Of a DNA stretch of 64,000 nt, positions 38,466 to 51,913 are shown one piece after another. A program made the position numbers and the translations under genes. Location: assembly GCA_030770535.1 (NCBI GenBank), contig JASVEC010000010.1, positions 620,001 through 684,000 of the forward strand. Reading direction: 5' to 3'. Each line of letters begins with the position of its first letter. The first letter of the stretch is position 1. The DNA comes from Batkoa obscura (Eukaryota). Under the pieces are notes generated by a model, which did not search any database, had not been told where the DNA came from, and saw only the letters and a program-made list of their open reading frames with translations.

Positions 38466-40654
38466 ATGAAATTCAAAATATTATTACTATTGGTAATTGT
38501 ACAACTTACGTTTGCGATAAATTATTTAAGCATAAATGACATAAAAAAGGAAGAGATAGTAATAAGCAATGGGAAGAACATCGGTATTGAAGTAAAATAT
38601 AATAGCAACAACAATAAGGAGTATTTTATACATCATTTCAATAATAGCACTATTATCAATATAACCAAATTGATAAATCAAATAGAAAATATTAAAGAAA
38701 ATACTTTCTTTTTTATTGAAGATAGCTTAGCTTATGTGGACAATGACAATTACGTTAATTTGATTCAAAATAAGTTTATAGATAATAATAATAAAATACA
38801 ATATTATGGAGTAGGATTATTATATGATTGTATGGATGTAAAAAATATACACTATAATAATAATACTATCATATACTCATGTTCAAAGCAAATAGAATAT
38901 GGAGATGAAAATGAAATATATAATGATAATGGTAAACTATATAAGCAATTACCTATTAGAAAAATAAATCATTTTGTAAAACCGGATTATATTCAACAAT
39001 TATATCGTGCTTTCTTAATTATCGAAAATAATAAATATTCCTTTGATTCTTTGCCTATCGATTTATTAAAATTCACTGAACTGGTAATATTTATTTATAT
39101 ATTATATTATAACACCAATGATATTATGATAGGAAAGTCCAGTTCCACCTTATGGCCATAAAAACCATTATGCATTATCTTATAATAGTCAAAGGGTGAG
39201 TTTTATCTCGAATCAAATAAGTGAGGACAAAGAATGGAATGCTTATTGTAACGTCTACCAAGTAACTACCGATGGTTATGAACTGCCTACCAAAATCAAG
39301 TATAGCAAACAAAGAAATTGTAATTCACCAACTTATTCAATAAATAATAATTATTTAGCATGGGTAGTAAATAACAATGAAGTGGTGATATGGGACTTAA
39401 ATAAAGATGAACTTTATTTGAATAAAAAGATGGATAAGCGAATTATAAAAATAGAATTTAATAACAACAAAAATACTGACAACGAATTAGAATTATTAAT
39501 GTTAATTAATGAAAATGGTATACAACATTTATATTTAACGAATTTCAAGTATTCTATTAATACCTTTTTCAATTCAATTAAACTAAATATTGATTATTTT
39601 CAACTATTATCAAATCAAAGATTATTATTATCACTAAGTTCATTTAATATACCACCTAGAAATTATATTTATTTTATTAAAAACAACACATTAGTTCAAT
39701 TAAACAATATTGACAACGATAATCATACAATAGATAATAATTATAACAACTTTTATTATTACGGTTATAAGCAAGATAAAATACACACTTATTTGTTTCA
39801 TCCCAACAATAATAATAAGCTTGATTCTTTAGTTGTATTTTTACATTCCAATAATTTAAATGATGGCTTTATTAATCAATGGTCGTACAGTAATAATTAC
39901 AATGTATTTAATAATTATTATTCTTTATTAATCAACCCTCATGGTAGTATTGGGTAAGTTTATGTATTATACGTTACATATTACATATTATATATTTGTA
40001 TTTTTTACTTACTTTACTTAATATAAGGTATCCTAAGCTCAACATTAATAACTATGGAATAGAAAAGAGAAACAAAATCATTTATGAAGATATAAAATTA
40101 GGGATACAAAACATGTTAATACAATACCCAACAATCGATCATAATAAAGTATGTATTTATATAAGAGGATATTCTTTACCAATATTGAATCAATTTAATA
40201 ATACTATGTTTCAATGTGTTATTATGGAAGATATTGTTATTGATTTTAAGTTAAACTATTATACTTCGGATGACTTGAATTTTATTGAAAATATGGTAAT
40301 ACTTTATTTTTATACTTCTAACAATGTCCAATTGATTTTTGTTATAGTATTCATTACCACCACCTTATGCCAAACCAAATAAATATCAAAGTAATTATAA
40401 TGTCAATAAATTGCCCACTTTGATTATTCATTCCTTGAATAATTATAATATTGATTCCAATCAAGCAATAGCTACTTTTACTGATTTACAACTACACAAT
40501 ATAACTTCCAAATTATTGTTATTCAAATCAAATTTAACTTCTAAAAGGTAAATAATATTTCATTTTTGTTAAAAAAGAGTTAATATTTTTTAAAAGTAAT
40601 CAATCGAGGCGTTATTATGAGATTATGAATTGGTTAAATAAGTATTTGAAATAA
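38466..40654 (+). CDS. Secreted S9 (DPP5-like) peptidase homologue, apparently lacking the catalytic triad; multi-exon
   Basis: Signal peptide, propeller-like region, SSFNIPP, VVFLH, LINPHGSIGY, QYPTID, PTLIIHS, EIMNWLNKY. Confidence 0.72.
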
Positions 40655-40737
40655 AGTGTTATTATATTTACCCAATATTATTACTATTTTATAATGCTGT
40701 TTGAATATATACTTTTTACTAATGTAAAGACTATCGA

Positions 40738-40811
40738 GTTTCCGTGGTGTAGTTGGTTATCACATCTGTCTAACACACAGAAGGTCTCCAGTTCGAATCT
40801 GGACGGAAACA
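40738..40811 (+). tRNA. tRNA-Val(AAC)
   Basis: GTTTCCGTGGTGTAGTTGG...TCTGT-CTAACAC-ACAGA...GTTCGAATCTGGACGGAAACA followed by a T6 terminator. Confidence 0.97.
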
Positions 40812-40932
40812 TTTTTTATAGATAAAATTTTGTTGATTTTTTTTAACATCACACCTATTTCTAATACATTCAATATCCCTGGTTTCAATTTTAATAAAAA
40901 TATTCAATAATTCTTATTATTTTTTAATTAAA

Positions 40933-41032
40933 ATATGGGAATGTATTTTGTATTTAAAAATTTTACTAACAGTTTTTCCCTTAGATAGCACTTAAAAGAT
41001 GGAAAAAATGAAGCCAAAAACATCCCCCATAT
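40933..41032 (-). mobile_element. MITE copy
   Basis: ATAT-GGGAATGTATTTTG...ATGAAGCCAAAAACATCCCCC-ATAT. Confidence 0.85.
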
Positions 41033-41102
41033 TCTATTTGTTTATTTATTTAGTTTTAAACAGTATTGAGTAGAAAAACCATTTATAGAATTATTAAAAA
41101 AT

Positions 41103-41208
41103 AGATGTAGATGTTTTTTTTTACTTCATTACTTTTTCCATTTTTAGGCCCTATTTAAGCAAAGAGATTGTTAGCAAAATTCTTAAACAAAAAAATACAT
41201 CTCCAGAT
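41103..41208 (+). mobile_element. MITE copy with AGAT direct flanks
   Basis: AGAT-GTAGATGTTTTTTTTTACTTCATT...AAAAAATACATCTCC-AGAT. Confidence 0.85.
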
Positions 41209-41502
41209 GTTAATATCTTATTTATTCATCTTAAACAAAAAAAGATTAGAGTATATAAAATTATAGTTGTTATTTTAGTTATATATTGATAGTATAGCCA
41301 TTAGAAAAATTAATTAGGATAAAAATTAAAACAAGAATAATCAATTTAGTAGTATTCTACCCTAGCCGAAATTAATCTATTTTCAGAACATTAAATTGCA
41401 TTATTTTTCCATAGCCAAAAGAACAAACGATTTCAAACTTGGTAAACCAAAAATAAAAAGCTTGGTATTTTTAAACATTACTTGTTTAATCAGTTCTAGA
41501 AA

Positions 41503-42233
41503 ATGGGCAAAGCTAAAGTTAGTGAAGCTAGTAAACGAGCTAGTGGTAAGCATATAATAAGCGTAATTAAAGTAGTCTGTTTACTAATACTAAATCTTTT
41601 TTTATATTAGAATGGTAAATTGATAATAGCTGAATAAATTTTCAAAGATAAATAATAACTTACTTGATAAATTAAAGGAATTCATTATTAAAATGGGCAC
41701 GAAAAGAACGAGGACCATATTTAGATATCAATACATTAACTTATCATTACAGTTTGGAACATTATAAAGTTTTAGAAGAAAAAGAGAACAAAATTAAAAA
41801 CAATCAAACTTATTTGAAGGCAATGAACCATCAAACAAATATTCAAAGGTAAAGATTTGGAATTTTAGAACCGAGATTTATCTAGTTGAAGAATTAATAG
41901 TTTTTCTTAATATTAATGGATATACTTTTTTTTATAGAGAATATGAGCAATTTAAGAAAGAACAAATGGATTTACAAGCCAAAGTAATCCAAGCACAAAC
42001 CGAATTGGGTCTTGATTTGTCTTCAGATAACGAGTTGAATATTGATAAAACTTTTTGGAATTTATCGAGTAGTAAAAATGGTAAAGAAAATCAAAGTAAG
42101 TTTTATTCATTATTGATTATTTATTAAACTATTTATTAATTTTTATAATAATAAAACTATAGAACCCACAGCTAGTGTAACCAATCCAAATCCAACAGGA
42201 CGTCGAGGTAGACCAAGAAAAATACTTGACTAA
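41503..42233 (+). CDS. Small uncharacterised protein with coiled-coil and C-terminal AT-hook; 5 exons including a 4-nt microexon
   Basis: Spliced product MGKAKVSEASKRASEWNSLLKWARKERGPYLD...EQFKKEQMDLQAK...TGRRGRPRKILD*; all junctions are GT-AG. Confidence 0.72.
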
Positions 42234-42267
42234 TCGAATTTTACTATCGTTTATTCTTAACTATCTA

Positions 42268-44084
42268 TTACCTTGTTCCTTTAATAAACTCGTTGTTATT
42301 TCTCTTTGCTTTTTCTTCATTTAATAGATAAATGCTTAGCATTGAAAACAATAGTATCCCTAAGGGCACTAACAAAATATATTTAAAACTAGGAAGTAGT
42401 ATTAAGATTACTAATGAAACTATAGGGGCTAATGTAAACCCTAAGGTTTGATAATTATGATAATGAGCAAAGAATTCATGCTCTCTGGAGGAAGGTAAGT
42501 AGGCTAAAAAGTAGACGCGGAATAAAGATTCTAAATTAGAGATAATCATACCTTCCATGAAATTATATAAATAAATAGGCCAATTCTCAAAAGTTAGTAT
42601 AGGATGTGAAGTTGAATCCTTATTATTATCCAAGTTATTAAATAATGAAAAATTATTGCTGTTATTTAAAACTTTGGTTAGATTAGTTGTATTTGTATTA
42701 AAACTAAAAATTAAAAATAATGATATTGGTATTAACATATAAAATAAATGAAATACTAATAATGCTTTTTTAGTCCTTATTTTAAAATAGGACATACTCC
42801 AATTGAATGCTATTAACCCAATAATAGATCCCAAGGAAGACAATAATATCAGAAAAATCAACTGAAACAATGTAGAATTTGTATTTGTGTTACTATCATT
42901 ATTATAAATTACAATACTTAATAATTTAAAACTATATAGTAATAAATGAACTAAAAATACATTGCAACAAACTAGATAAATTCGTCTTAATTTCCATATA
43001 TAAAATAAAGATTGAAAGATTCGATAAATTAAAAATTGGCTTGTTGAATATTCTCTAGGTGCTGGACGAAATACTCGATTAGGTAAGTATCTTGAGGAGA
43101 TTATTATCAACATTAAATACCAGCTACCTATTATCATACAACATAATCTTAAACCAAAGAAATTGGCTTGATAATAAACTGTAATTAAACATAAACTACC
43201 ACTTAATAAAGTACCTAATATAGAAAATAAAATATTAATATCAAAATAATCAAAAACATATTCAAATAGACTTACCTAAATGGCCGAACACTAAATCTTT
43301 TGTACTTAAATTATTAGCCACTTTTTCCAATACTTGAAAATAAATCGTGGGAGAATTGGGTAAGATATGACTTGCTCTTTTTGTCCTTGGGTGATGTTGA
43401 GTTAATGTATGAATATAACCATATCTATAAACAGCTATAGTTGCGTAAAAAATTTTACTTAAGGCAATTAATACAATTCCAAAATAGAACAATTTTTCAA
43501 CATTGGAAATAGAGAGAATTAGGATCGATATTATGGAAACAAAAGTTCCTAATAATAGTAACAGAAATTTTCGATAATAACCGTAATCAGCTAAAGCACC
43601 TAAAAAATGAGAAAAATTAGTGTATGTCCTTTGAACGTTTGATGATAAGCAGTAAATGAAACTTACCTAACCATAAACTCATTATAATTTGGAATAATAA
43701 TATAATTGAATAAAATATTAATGTAAATAATGTAGAATTCATAATCTTATTCCCAAATTTCAAAGAACAATTTTCATTAGATTGAAAACTACATTGTGCC
43801 AATAACCCGTCTGTATCCCCCTCATTTCTGGCCTCCTCATTCTCTTTAATAATTTTCATCCCTAACTTTATTATCCAACCATCTAATAGAATCGGTAAGA
43901 TCAAATTTGATAAGATTGATTGAAATGGCAAACAAGCCATTGAGTATACATAATAACCTTTTAGTTCTTTTTGGGTAACTTCACTAGGCATATAAGGGTC
44001 CCGATGTGGATCTTCCATTAAATATATATTTTCGGCTATAGGTACATCATCAAAATATGTGTTTCGGGTTGTGGAATAACTCAT
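42268..44084 (-). CDS. Atg22-like MFS vacuolar amino-acid efflux transporter, 3 exons
   Basis: ELKGYYVYSMA, LGALADYGYYRKFLL, multiple TM helices, FRVYFLAYLPSSREHEFFA. Confidence 0.8.
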
Positions 44085-44527
44085 TTTTGTTAAATATTGA
44101 ATATATAAGATGACTAAATTTGATTATCTATTATTATTATTAGCTAGTTTAATAAGTTGAAAAGAAATTGGTGCTTATGATAAATTGATTACTTATCAAT
44201 ATCTTAATTAATTAATTTGTATTATTATTTGATTTTTTTGGTAACTTCAAATTGATATTAATAAAAAATTAATGATATGACTAAATTTAGTAATTTTTGG
44301 CTTACTTTAAGAACTCTGAAATTTAACTAATTTTATTTTAACTCACAAAAATAAAATATTGATTTAAAAATATATGTTAAAAATAATACTTGTTATTAAT
44401 CCAAGAAAGAACAAATAATATAGAGAAAATAGATAATAAAAGACTGTGTGTATGAGGTTACTAAGTTAATATCAATATTTATTTGAAAAGCTTTTTAAAA
44501 GCATTAAAAATATTTATTATTAATAAT

Positions 44528-44553
44528 AAAGAAAGAAAGAAAGAAAGAAAGAA
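44528..44553. repeat. (GAAA)n microsatellite
   Basis: AAAGAAAGAAAGAAAGAAAGAAAGAA. Confidence 0.8.
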
Positions 44554-44634
44554 TAATCGAGAAGATGAGGCTACTAAACTGTATTTATATTGAGTTGGGG
44601 ATAATATATATAATCATAATCTTATTATATCAAA

Positions 44635-47600
44635 TTATTTTGAAAGTTTTCTAAAAGCATCAATAATTGAAGTAGCTCGAACAATTTTACTTTTTTTATC
44701 ATTGGATTTCTCTTGTTCGTTATTTACCATAAATGGATTGTGCAACTTACTATTATTAATTATATTGGGATTGTAATTATTATTATTATAATTAATATTA
44801 TTTTGATTATTGTTATTATTATTAGTTAATTGAGTATGACTACTATTTAAACTAAGATCATCCATCGCTTTTAAATAACTTGTATTATTATGTTGACGAT
44901 TAATAGTATCACTTGATGATTGAGATGAACCAAAAGAAGCAGTACGATGTTCTAATGGAGATGGTAAGTTTTTAGGTAAAGTATGGGAATTAGAGGGCGC
45001 TGATGAAGCTAAATAATTCAAATCTTGAGATAAAAATGGATTTCCACTTCTACGAAACATATTCTTTTTAGAATTAGAAAATGGAATAACAGGTGAAGAG
45101 GAAGTAATTGTCATGCTATGAGAATGACCATGAGTTGGCATAAATACTTCTCTTTCTTTATTTGAACTTTTGAAATTTTGCAATTGTTGTTTCCAGCCAC
45201 CTGATAATCTTTTAATGGGTCCAGATGGACTACGATTATCTGAAGATATAGAACGTATCATTTCTGATGGATTATCTTCGGTTATTGTATCAACTGCTGT
45301 TGTTGTTGAATTAGATAATTTACCAATTTCTGGTAATTTAGCAGTATTATGTTCTTGTGGATGAAGAGAAGGTGGAGATAATGAAGGCTCTAAATCCATA
45401 TCTTCATCATCTGATTTAACTCTTGGTGGTAATACTGGTGCTAATTTAATTAATATTTTCTCATCAAAATTCATTTTAACTGCTTCATTATAAGTGACAT
45501 CAAATAAAATTTGTTGACAAGCAAAATCAGATGATAAAAAGCAAGGCCATAACTCAGAATTATCTAAAGGATAAATAGGATTAGCACCTTTTAATAATAA
45601 ATATTGAATAACTGATAAATTATTATGAATCGATGCAAAATGTAATAAAGAATATTGAGTATTTGGTAATTTTATGTTAACATTAGCTCCATTTTGAATC
45701 AATAATTCTGCTATATAATATAGCGGATATTTACTATCATTTTCATTTTCATCTTCAATATGTAAAAACAATGCTAAATGTAGTGGTGTTATATAAGTAT
45801 TTACTCCAAATAGTTTAACTAATGAAGAATTGGTATTAACATAAAATAAAGCATCAATTATACCACCTAATATAATGGATTGTAATATTGGCATTGGTAA
45901 TTCTAAATAAACTGCAGTGAATATAGAAGCAGTAATTAACTTCTTAGATTCCGGTATATCAACTAATTCCATTGAAAATTCATTTACCATATCTAATTTT
46001 AAAGAATTACATGGAATATCTGGCTTTAAAAACATATGATCTACATATTTAGCAGTAATATAACGTAATTTAAATGTACGTTCATCACTTGAAGTTGGTT
46101 TAACCCATTTAGTTCCTGTCATTTCATCTACAAATAATTTATTTTCATCTAATAAATATTCCCAATATTCATTAGATAATCCATTACCAATTTTTTCTAA
46201 TAATGTAATTAAATCCGGTGTAAACGTAACTACATCTAATGTTAATGAACGTATTTTAGTTATATGAGTACCCAAACTGCGATGAATTCCAGAACATTCA
46301 ATACATAATAATATACCAAAATTAATTGAACACCATTCTGGATTATTAGAATCACAATCTGCACAAATCAAATTACTTTGATCTTTTTTTAAAACGTCAA
46401 TTAAATATTGTTGATCTAAAAAATTATTAGGACTTAATATTTCCATAGATAAAGGTGAGTGAATTTTCTCTCCCTTATTAAATTTCATTGAATCTAAATT
46501 GGAATTGAATTTGGAATTGAATTTCAAATTTTGGTTTCCTTTTAAATCATCACAAGAAGAAGTACCATTCCAAATAGATTCAATTGAATTTGTAATAACA
46601 GCAATCCACGATGCCATATCATCTTCTGAAGTAGCCTGATATTGACGACGAAATTTAGGTGTTACAATTTCAAAACAAAATTTCCTTGAAGCTTGATTAG
46701 CTACTCTAACTGTAGCAAATTGTAAAGGCACAGGTTCAAAATTTACTTCTAATTGTTTTTTCCAATTATTGTATTCATGTAAATAACCGCCGGATAGCAC
46801 ACACCATTTTTTATGCCATGAATTTTGACCTGGTAAATTTTTATCAAATTTACTTCCACCTGTTGATTTTAATGGCTTTGTTTGAGTAAATAAAAAACCT
46901 TCTCGTTTTCTTCCAATGGCCATCGTAGCTTCTCGATTACTTGATTGTAAATCTCGAATCCCATGAAATTTATTATTTTTAAGATCAATCGAAGTTTTTA
47001 TAACTTTAGATGGATTATAACCATTTTTAGCTGTAGTTGCTTCATTGATTGAATTAACAAACATCATTTCTGATAAATTTGAATCTGATTTAATAATTAA
47101 TCTTCTTTTTTCATCTTTGTCTTTCCTTTTTAATAATATTTCTTTATTAACTTCTTCTATTTGAGTTAATAATTGGTTTAATTTTGGTTTTAATAAACCT
47201 AACCCCTCAATTAATGTTGAATAATTATTAGATACTTTATCTGCAAACGAAGTAAAATAATGTAATATTTCTTGATCTTTACATCCTCCTCTTAATTCAT
47301 GAATATAAGTATAATAATTAAATCTAGCTAGTTCAAATTGTTTTTGTCTTTGTTGATATTTAGCATCTGAAAAATTACTTTTCCTACTTTTATCTTTTGT
47401 TGCTGATAAATATTTAGATAAGTAAGAATAAAATTCATCCGATTCTTGATCAAATGTTTTCTTTTTTGATTCTGCTAATTTAATTTCATTATCATATATT
47501 CTTTTTAACGGGTCAGTAATATAAGTAGTTAAGTTATATAAATAATTTTCTTCGTTTGATTTAATTAATAAAGCTGCTTCATAAAGATAACTTCTAGATA

Positions 47601-48939
47601 AAGGTGTTATAGATGGTAAATTTAATATCACATCATAAAATTCTTGTTCAACTTCATATGTCTCTTTTTTACTTTCAATTAATTCTTGTCCTAATTTAAT
47701 AATCTTTTTAATATCGTGTTTAAAAGAAGTAACTCTTTTTTCTAATTGTTGAAGTGTTGCTCTAAATACTGGTCCATCATCATCTGTGTAAACTAATCGA
47801 TCACTTAAATTAATATCCATTAATGGATTTATTATTTCATTTTCATTAACTTCATTATCCTCTTCTATTTCATTATTATTATTATTAAATTTATCTTCGC
47901 TTTCTTGTGATATTTTACTTATCTTTGATTCATTACTAAATCTTTTCTCATCAGATATTAAAGTGGATGGTAGAATATCTTCTAAATTTTGCTTAGATGG
48001 GGCTCTTGATAGATTCGGTATTGAAGCTAAGGAGCCTTTTCTAAGATGTAGATTATTTGAACTAATACTTGATTTTCTAGCTCTAAAAGTATGTACTAAT
48101 AAAAGGTGATAAAAAACAATTTATAAAATTCAAATATTATTAGTTACCATTTAACCAAAAATTAAATTCAGCAATTAAATGAAAGCTTTCTGAACTTCGT
48201 TTGACAAACTTTAAAAATTATAATGAATTTTAATTTATCCTATTTAATAAATTACTTACTGCACATATATTTTTATACCCTCCATTGCAACTTTCCACAT
48301 TGCTTAAATTTTCCCAACGCCAAGACCATTGAATAGCTTCACTTAAAGAAGAATGACTACTTTGAGAAGCTCTTTTAAAATCCAGTTCAATAGGATAAAT
48401 ATTTTTATTCTAGAATAAATAATAATTTTAATTTCGATCATCTTCATTAATAATATCTTTACCTTAACAATGCAATTAGCATCATTATTAATTGTTTGTA
48501 AAATACTACTTAATTCCATCGAATTATTACAATGAATTAAATACCAATCTTCATCTTCTTGTCCACTAACTCCAATCGTGTCTTTATCAAAATAAAACCG
48601 AAACTGTAAATCTAAATCCGAATTAAGTTTTAATATTAATGCATCTGTATTTGGTAAATTCGATTCTGGATCCACAGTAAATTCTAATAACTCATCCGAA
48701 TAAGGTGTAATAATTGGTACTGCCCCTGAATTACATCGGAAATTGATTAATGGTGAATGAAAGGAATTGCTTATAGTTATCTCTTTGATTAAAATCTGAT
48801 GATTGAAACTAAAATAATTGATATGTTCTAAGGCACAATTACTATAGATACTTGTACTCGGACTACTCTTATGTTGCTTATAGGAGCGATCAGGGAGTAT
48901 CTCCAGTTTCGCTTCTTTTGGTTTTAAATTGGAGGTCAT
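44635..48939 (-). CDS. BAR-PH-ArfGAP-ankyrin protein (ACAP/Csx2/Cnt-like) with an N-terminal extra domain; 4 exons
   Basis: DDGPVFRATL (BAR), RKREGFLF...WHKKWCVL..RKFCFEIVTP..YQATSEDDMASWI (PH), CADC-x16-CIECSGIHRSLG (ArfGAP), TPLHLA/SLLHFA (ankyrin); upstream exons splice in frame from 48939. Confidence 0.92.
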
Positions 48940-51278
48940 TAATTAATTGTTTTAATGGCTCTTTCGCTTTTTGTAATAAAAAGAATTAAGAACTGTTTGC
49001 TTCTTTTTTTAAAGTGGAAATGGTATTTGAATTTAGCAATTTTTAAGATTTTTTTGTTCTAAAAATTAACTGTTTTTTTTAAACTTGTGTAAAAGAGATC
49101 AAAGTTGATTTGTTAATTTTACATTCGAAAGTTTAATTGCTTTGAGATTTATATGGAGAATTCACTATTTGTCCATGAGAATATGGATGATTGGAGATTA
49201 ATTAAAATGAACACCTCAATAAATTTCAATATTTAATTTTTATAACATTTTTTGAACTTTTTGTGAACTTTTTTATTGTCTTTAATATCAGCATTAATAA
49301 TCAGAAATACCATGACGTAAAAAAAGATGACTTTTTACTATGCCTAAAAGCAATTAAAACATTTTCTACTTTCTAAGGATCAATTTGTGGCTCTTGATAA
49401 CTAATAATATAAAAACGTTAGTGCATAAAAATAGTGGCAACTTTTTTAATATAAACAATCAGAACATTTTAATTCTCAAAGTCAAAATAAGTATGACCAA
49501 TGGAATAAAAATACTATTAGGAAGTAATACCGAAATTGTGGCTTGTTATGATAAAGTTGTATCAATTTTAAGAGTTGAACTGAAACATTAACTTTTAGTA
49601 TACATCATTAGTTAAATGAGTATCAAAATCAAATGTTTATTTTATATTAATAGAAATTGATTGAATTTAAAAAATCTAGATGCGGATAGCCAATAATCAT
49701 ATTTAAGTATCATTTATAAATGACTATGAAGTTTATATAAAAATTTATTTAGAAATTTATTCCCCATCTTATAAAATTGCCTAAAAAAGTATCTATTATA
49801 TATACATATCTAAACTACCAACCCATTTCTTAACATACCGAAGCTCTTCCCCCAAAAAACAGATATCGAAAATTGAAACCAGATTTACTAAGTGTATTCT
49901 CACGATAGATTTGTAAATGAAAGTCACGAGGGATTTGAAGTCTTTAAGCCCAATGACGTACCAACTGATAAGCTGACACAAGGTAAGACAAAGTAAATCC
50001 AATAGTTGACCAACGAAAACAAGAAGCTTTAAAAGTCTTCTTAAATGAATGTAAGCCAAAAGTAGTACTTTGGATTAAATCAACTAAATTGATGTAAATA
50101 ATAAAGTCCAAAAGCATAATTCATTTTAGAAATAATAATAGAATAAACATCAATGAAGAGAGATCTAGAGGAAGAGATCCAGCCACTTATATACTTCCTA
50201 TGAGTATAGAATGCATTAACTAATTACAATTTGTATCTATGTCTAAAAATATACGTCATCAAAGTTATTAATAACTTTAATAATAACCTTCTTTACATTA
50301 CTTTCTAAAATGCATTCAACTTATATTGAATCTTATTTAATTATAGTATCAGATTTAAGTAAGTAGGGGGGTTTGATTAGTAGCTTTGATATCCTGTTTA
50401 TATGATTAATAAAAAATTAATAAAAAAATAGGAAATTATAAAGTAAAGGTTTAATTCATAACACTTCTCACAGTATAGGTAAAAGGAGATATGTAAGAGT
50501 CAATTTATACTAACTTCTAATAATTATTCAAAATTTAATGAAACTAAAGAAATAACTACTTTAGGCAAAAAAAAAATGAAAAAAAGAACCTAATAATATT
50601 TGAGAAGAATAAAAATGTTTGGTACAAGTAAAGATATAATTAAAGATATATTATTTATGATTTTAAAAGTATATAAGCTTAATGATGAAAATAAGAAAAT
50701 GTAACATCATCGAGTTAGTTGCCATTGTCTTGTTTAAGTTAAAGTTTCTAGCATTGTATTGTTTTTGATTACAATCTTGACTATGTTTAATTTGCTAAAT
50801 TAGCTAACCGTATTCTGAAAAACATTAAAGTCTCTGTTATTTAGGCTAATAATGCAATATTATTGAACTGAAATTTTAAATACTTATGTTTCAATATAAT
50901 CATTATACTTCTTTAAATATTATATTTAAGTTACTTTATAGAATTTGGGTTGTTTTTATATCTATTTAATCTTAATATCTTTATATATTAACTATTCAAC
51001 TATTTTAAACAGCTTTTTGATCCATCTTTTTATAAATAACGATTAGTATATATATAATATTAAACTTATTATGAATTAAAAATTATTATAGGCATTTTAA
51101 TATAAACCTAATTTTTAAAATAAGGATTCAGAGCAATTTTCTTTAATAAACTACATTTATTAACATACCTTAATATTATGTTTTAGCTATATAGCTCTTC
51201 AAGTTAAATTAAAGCTCAATAAATCAATATCAGTATAAATATTTAATATTTAATATCGTATAGTATTTTATCCCTTAT

Positions 51279-51384
51279 ATATGAGGATGTTTTTTTTGGC
51301 TTCATTACTTTTTCCATCTTTTAAGCACTCTTGAGTGGAAAATTTGTTAGTGGAATTCTTGAATACAAAAATACATTCACATAT
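51279..51384 (+). mobile_element. MITE copy
   Basis: ATAT-GAGGATGTTTTTTTTGGCTTCATT...AAAAATACATTCAC-ATAT. Confidence 0.88.
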
Positions 51385-51913
51385 TTTTAATTCTATAAAC
51401 TTAGTAATTTTTTCAATTTAAGTTCCTAAAAAGTCAACGAAATGCTGAAATGGAGATGAGTATTCCTAGATACTATCTTTTAACTGTAGCTTTAAAATAA
51501 ATTACAAGATAAGGTGGTATATCCTTGATTATGATAGTGATAGACTTAAAAGCTCTATCACTCTATCTTATCTTTATTATTAATGAACTTTTTTTGTTTA
51601 TAAAACTTTCAACTTATTTCAAATTTTAAAACAATTTCCCAAATTAAAATGATCAAAAGATAGTCTCATCATTACCATTTCTATCCAATCAACCCTTTGC
51701 TCCCACTCCAGTCATTGGCCCACTGCCTCAACCTTACGAAAAAGAAGCTCAAATTGAGCTTTGAGCTAACTTAATCTAAGCGGAGAATTAATTAGAAGAA
51801 TTACTAAAATTGTCCATTAGAGTAAGAATAAAAATGATGGTTGCATGATGTAAAAAAAAACAAAAGATTCAAAAAATAAAAATTAATAAAATTGTTTTAT
51901 CTTAAATTAAAAG

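Noticed and set aside
49796..50350. GC-richer coding-like segment and 87-aa ORF in a long intergenic gap
   Set aside because: No recognisable domain or consistent frame; possibly an old TE or pseudogene relic, but unsupported.
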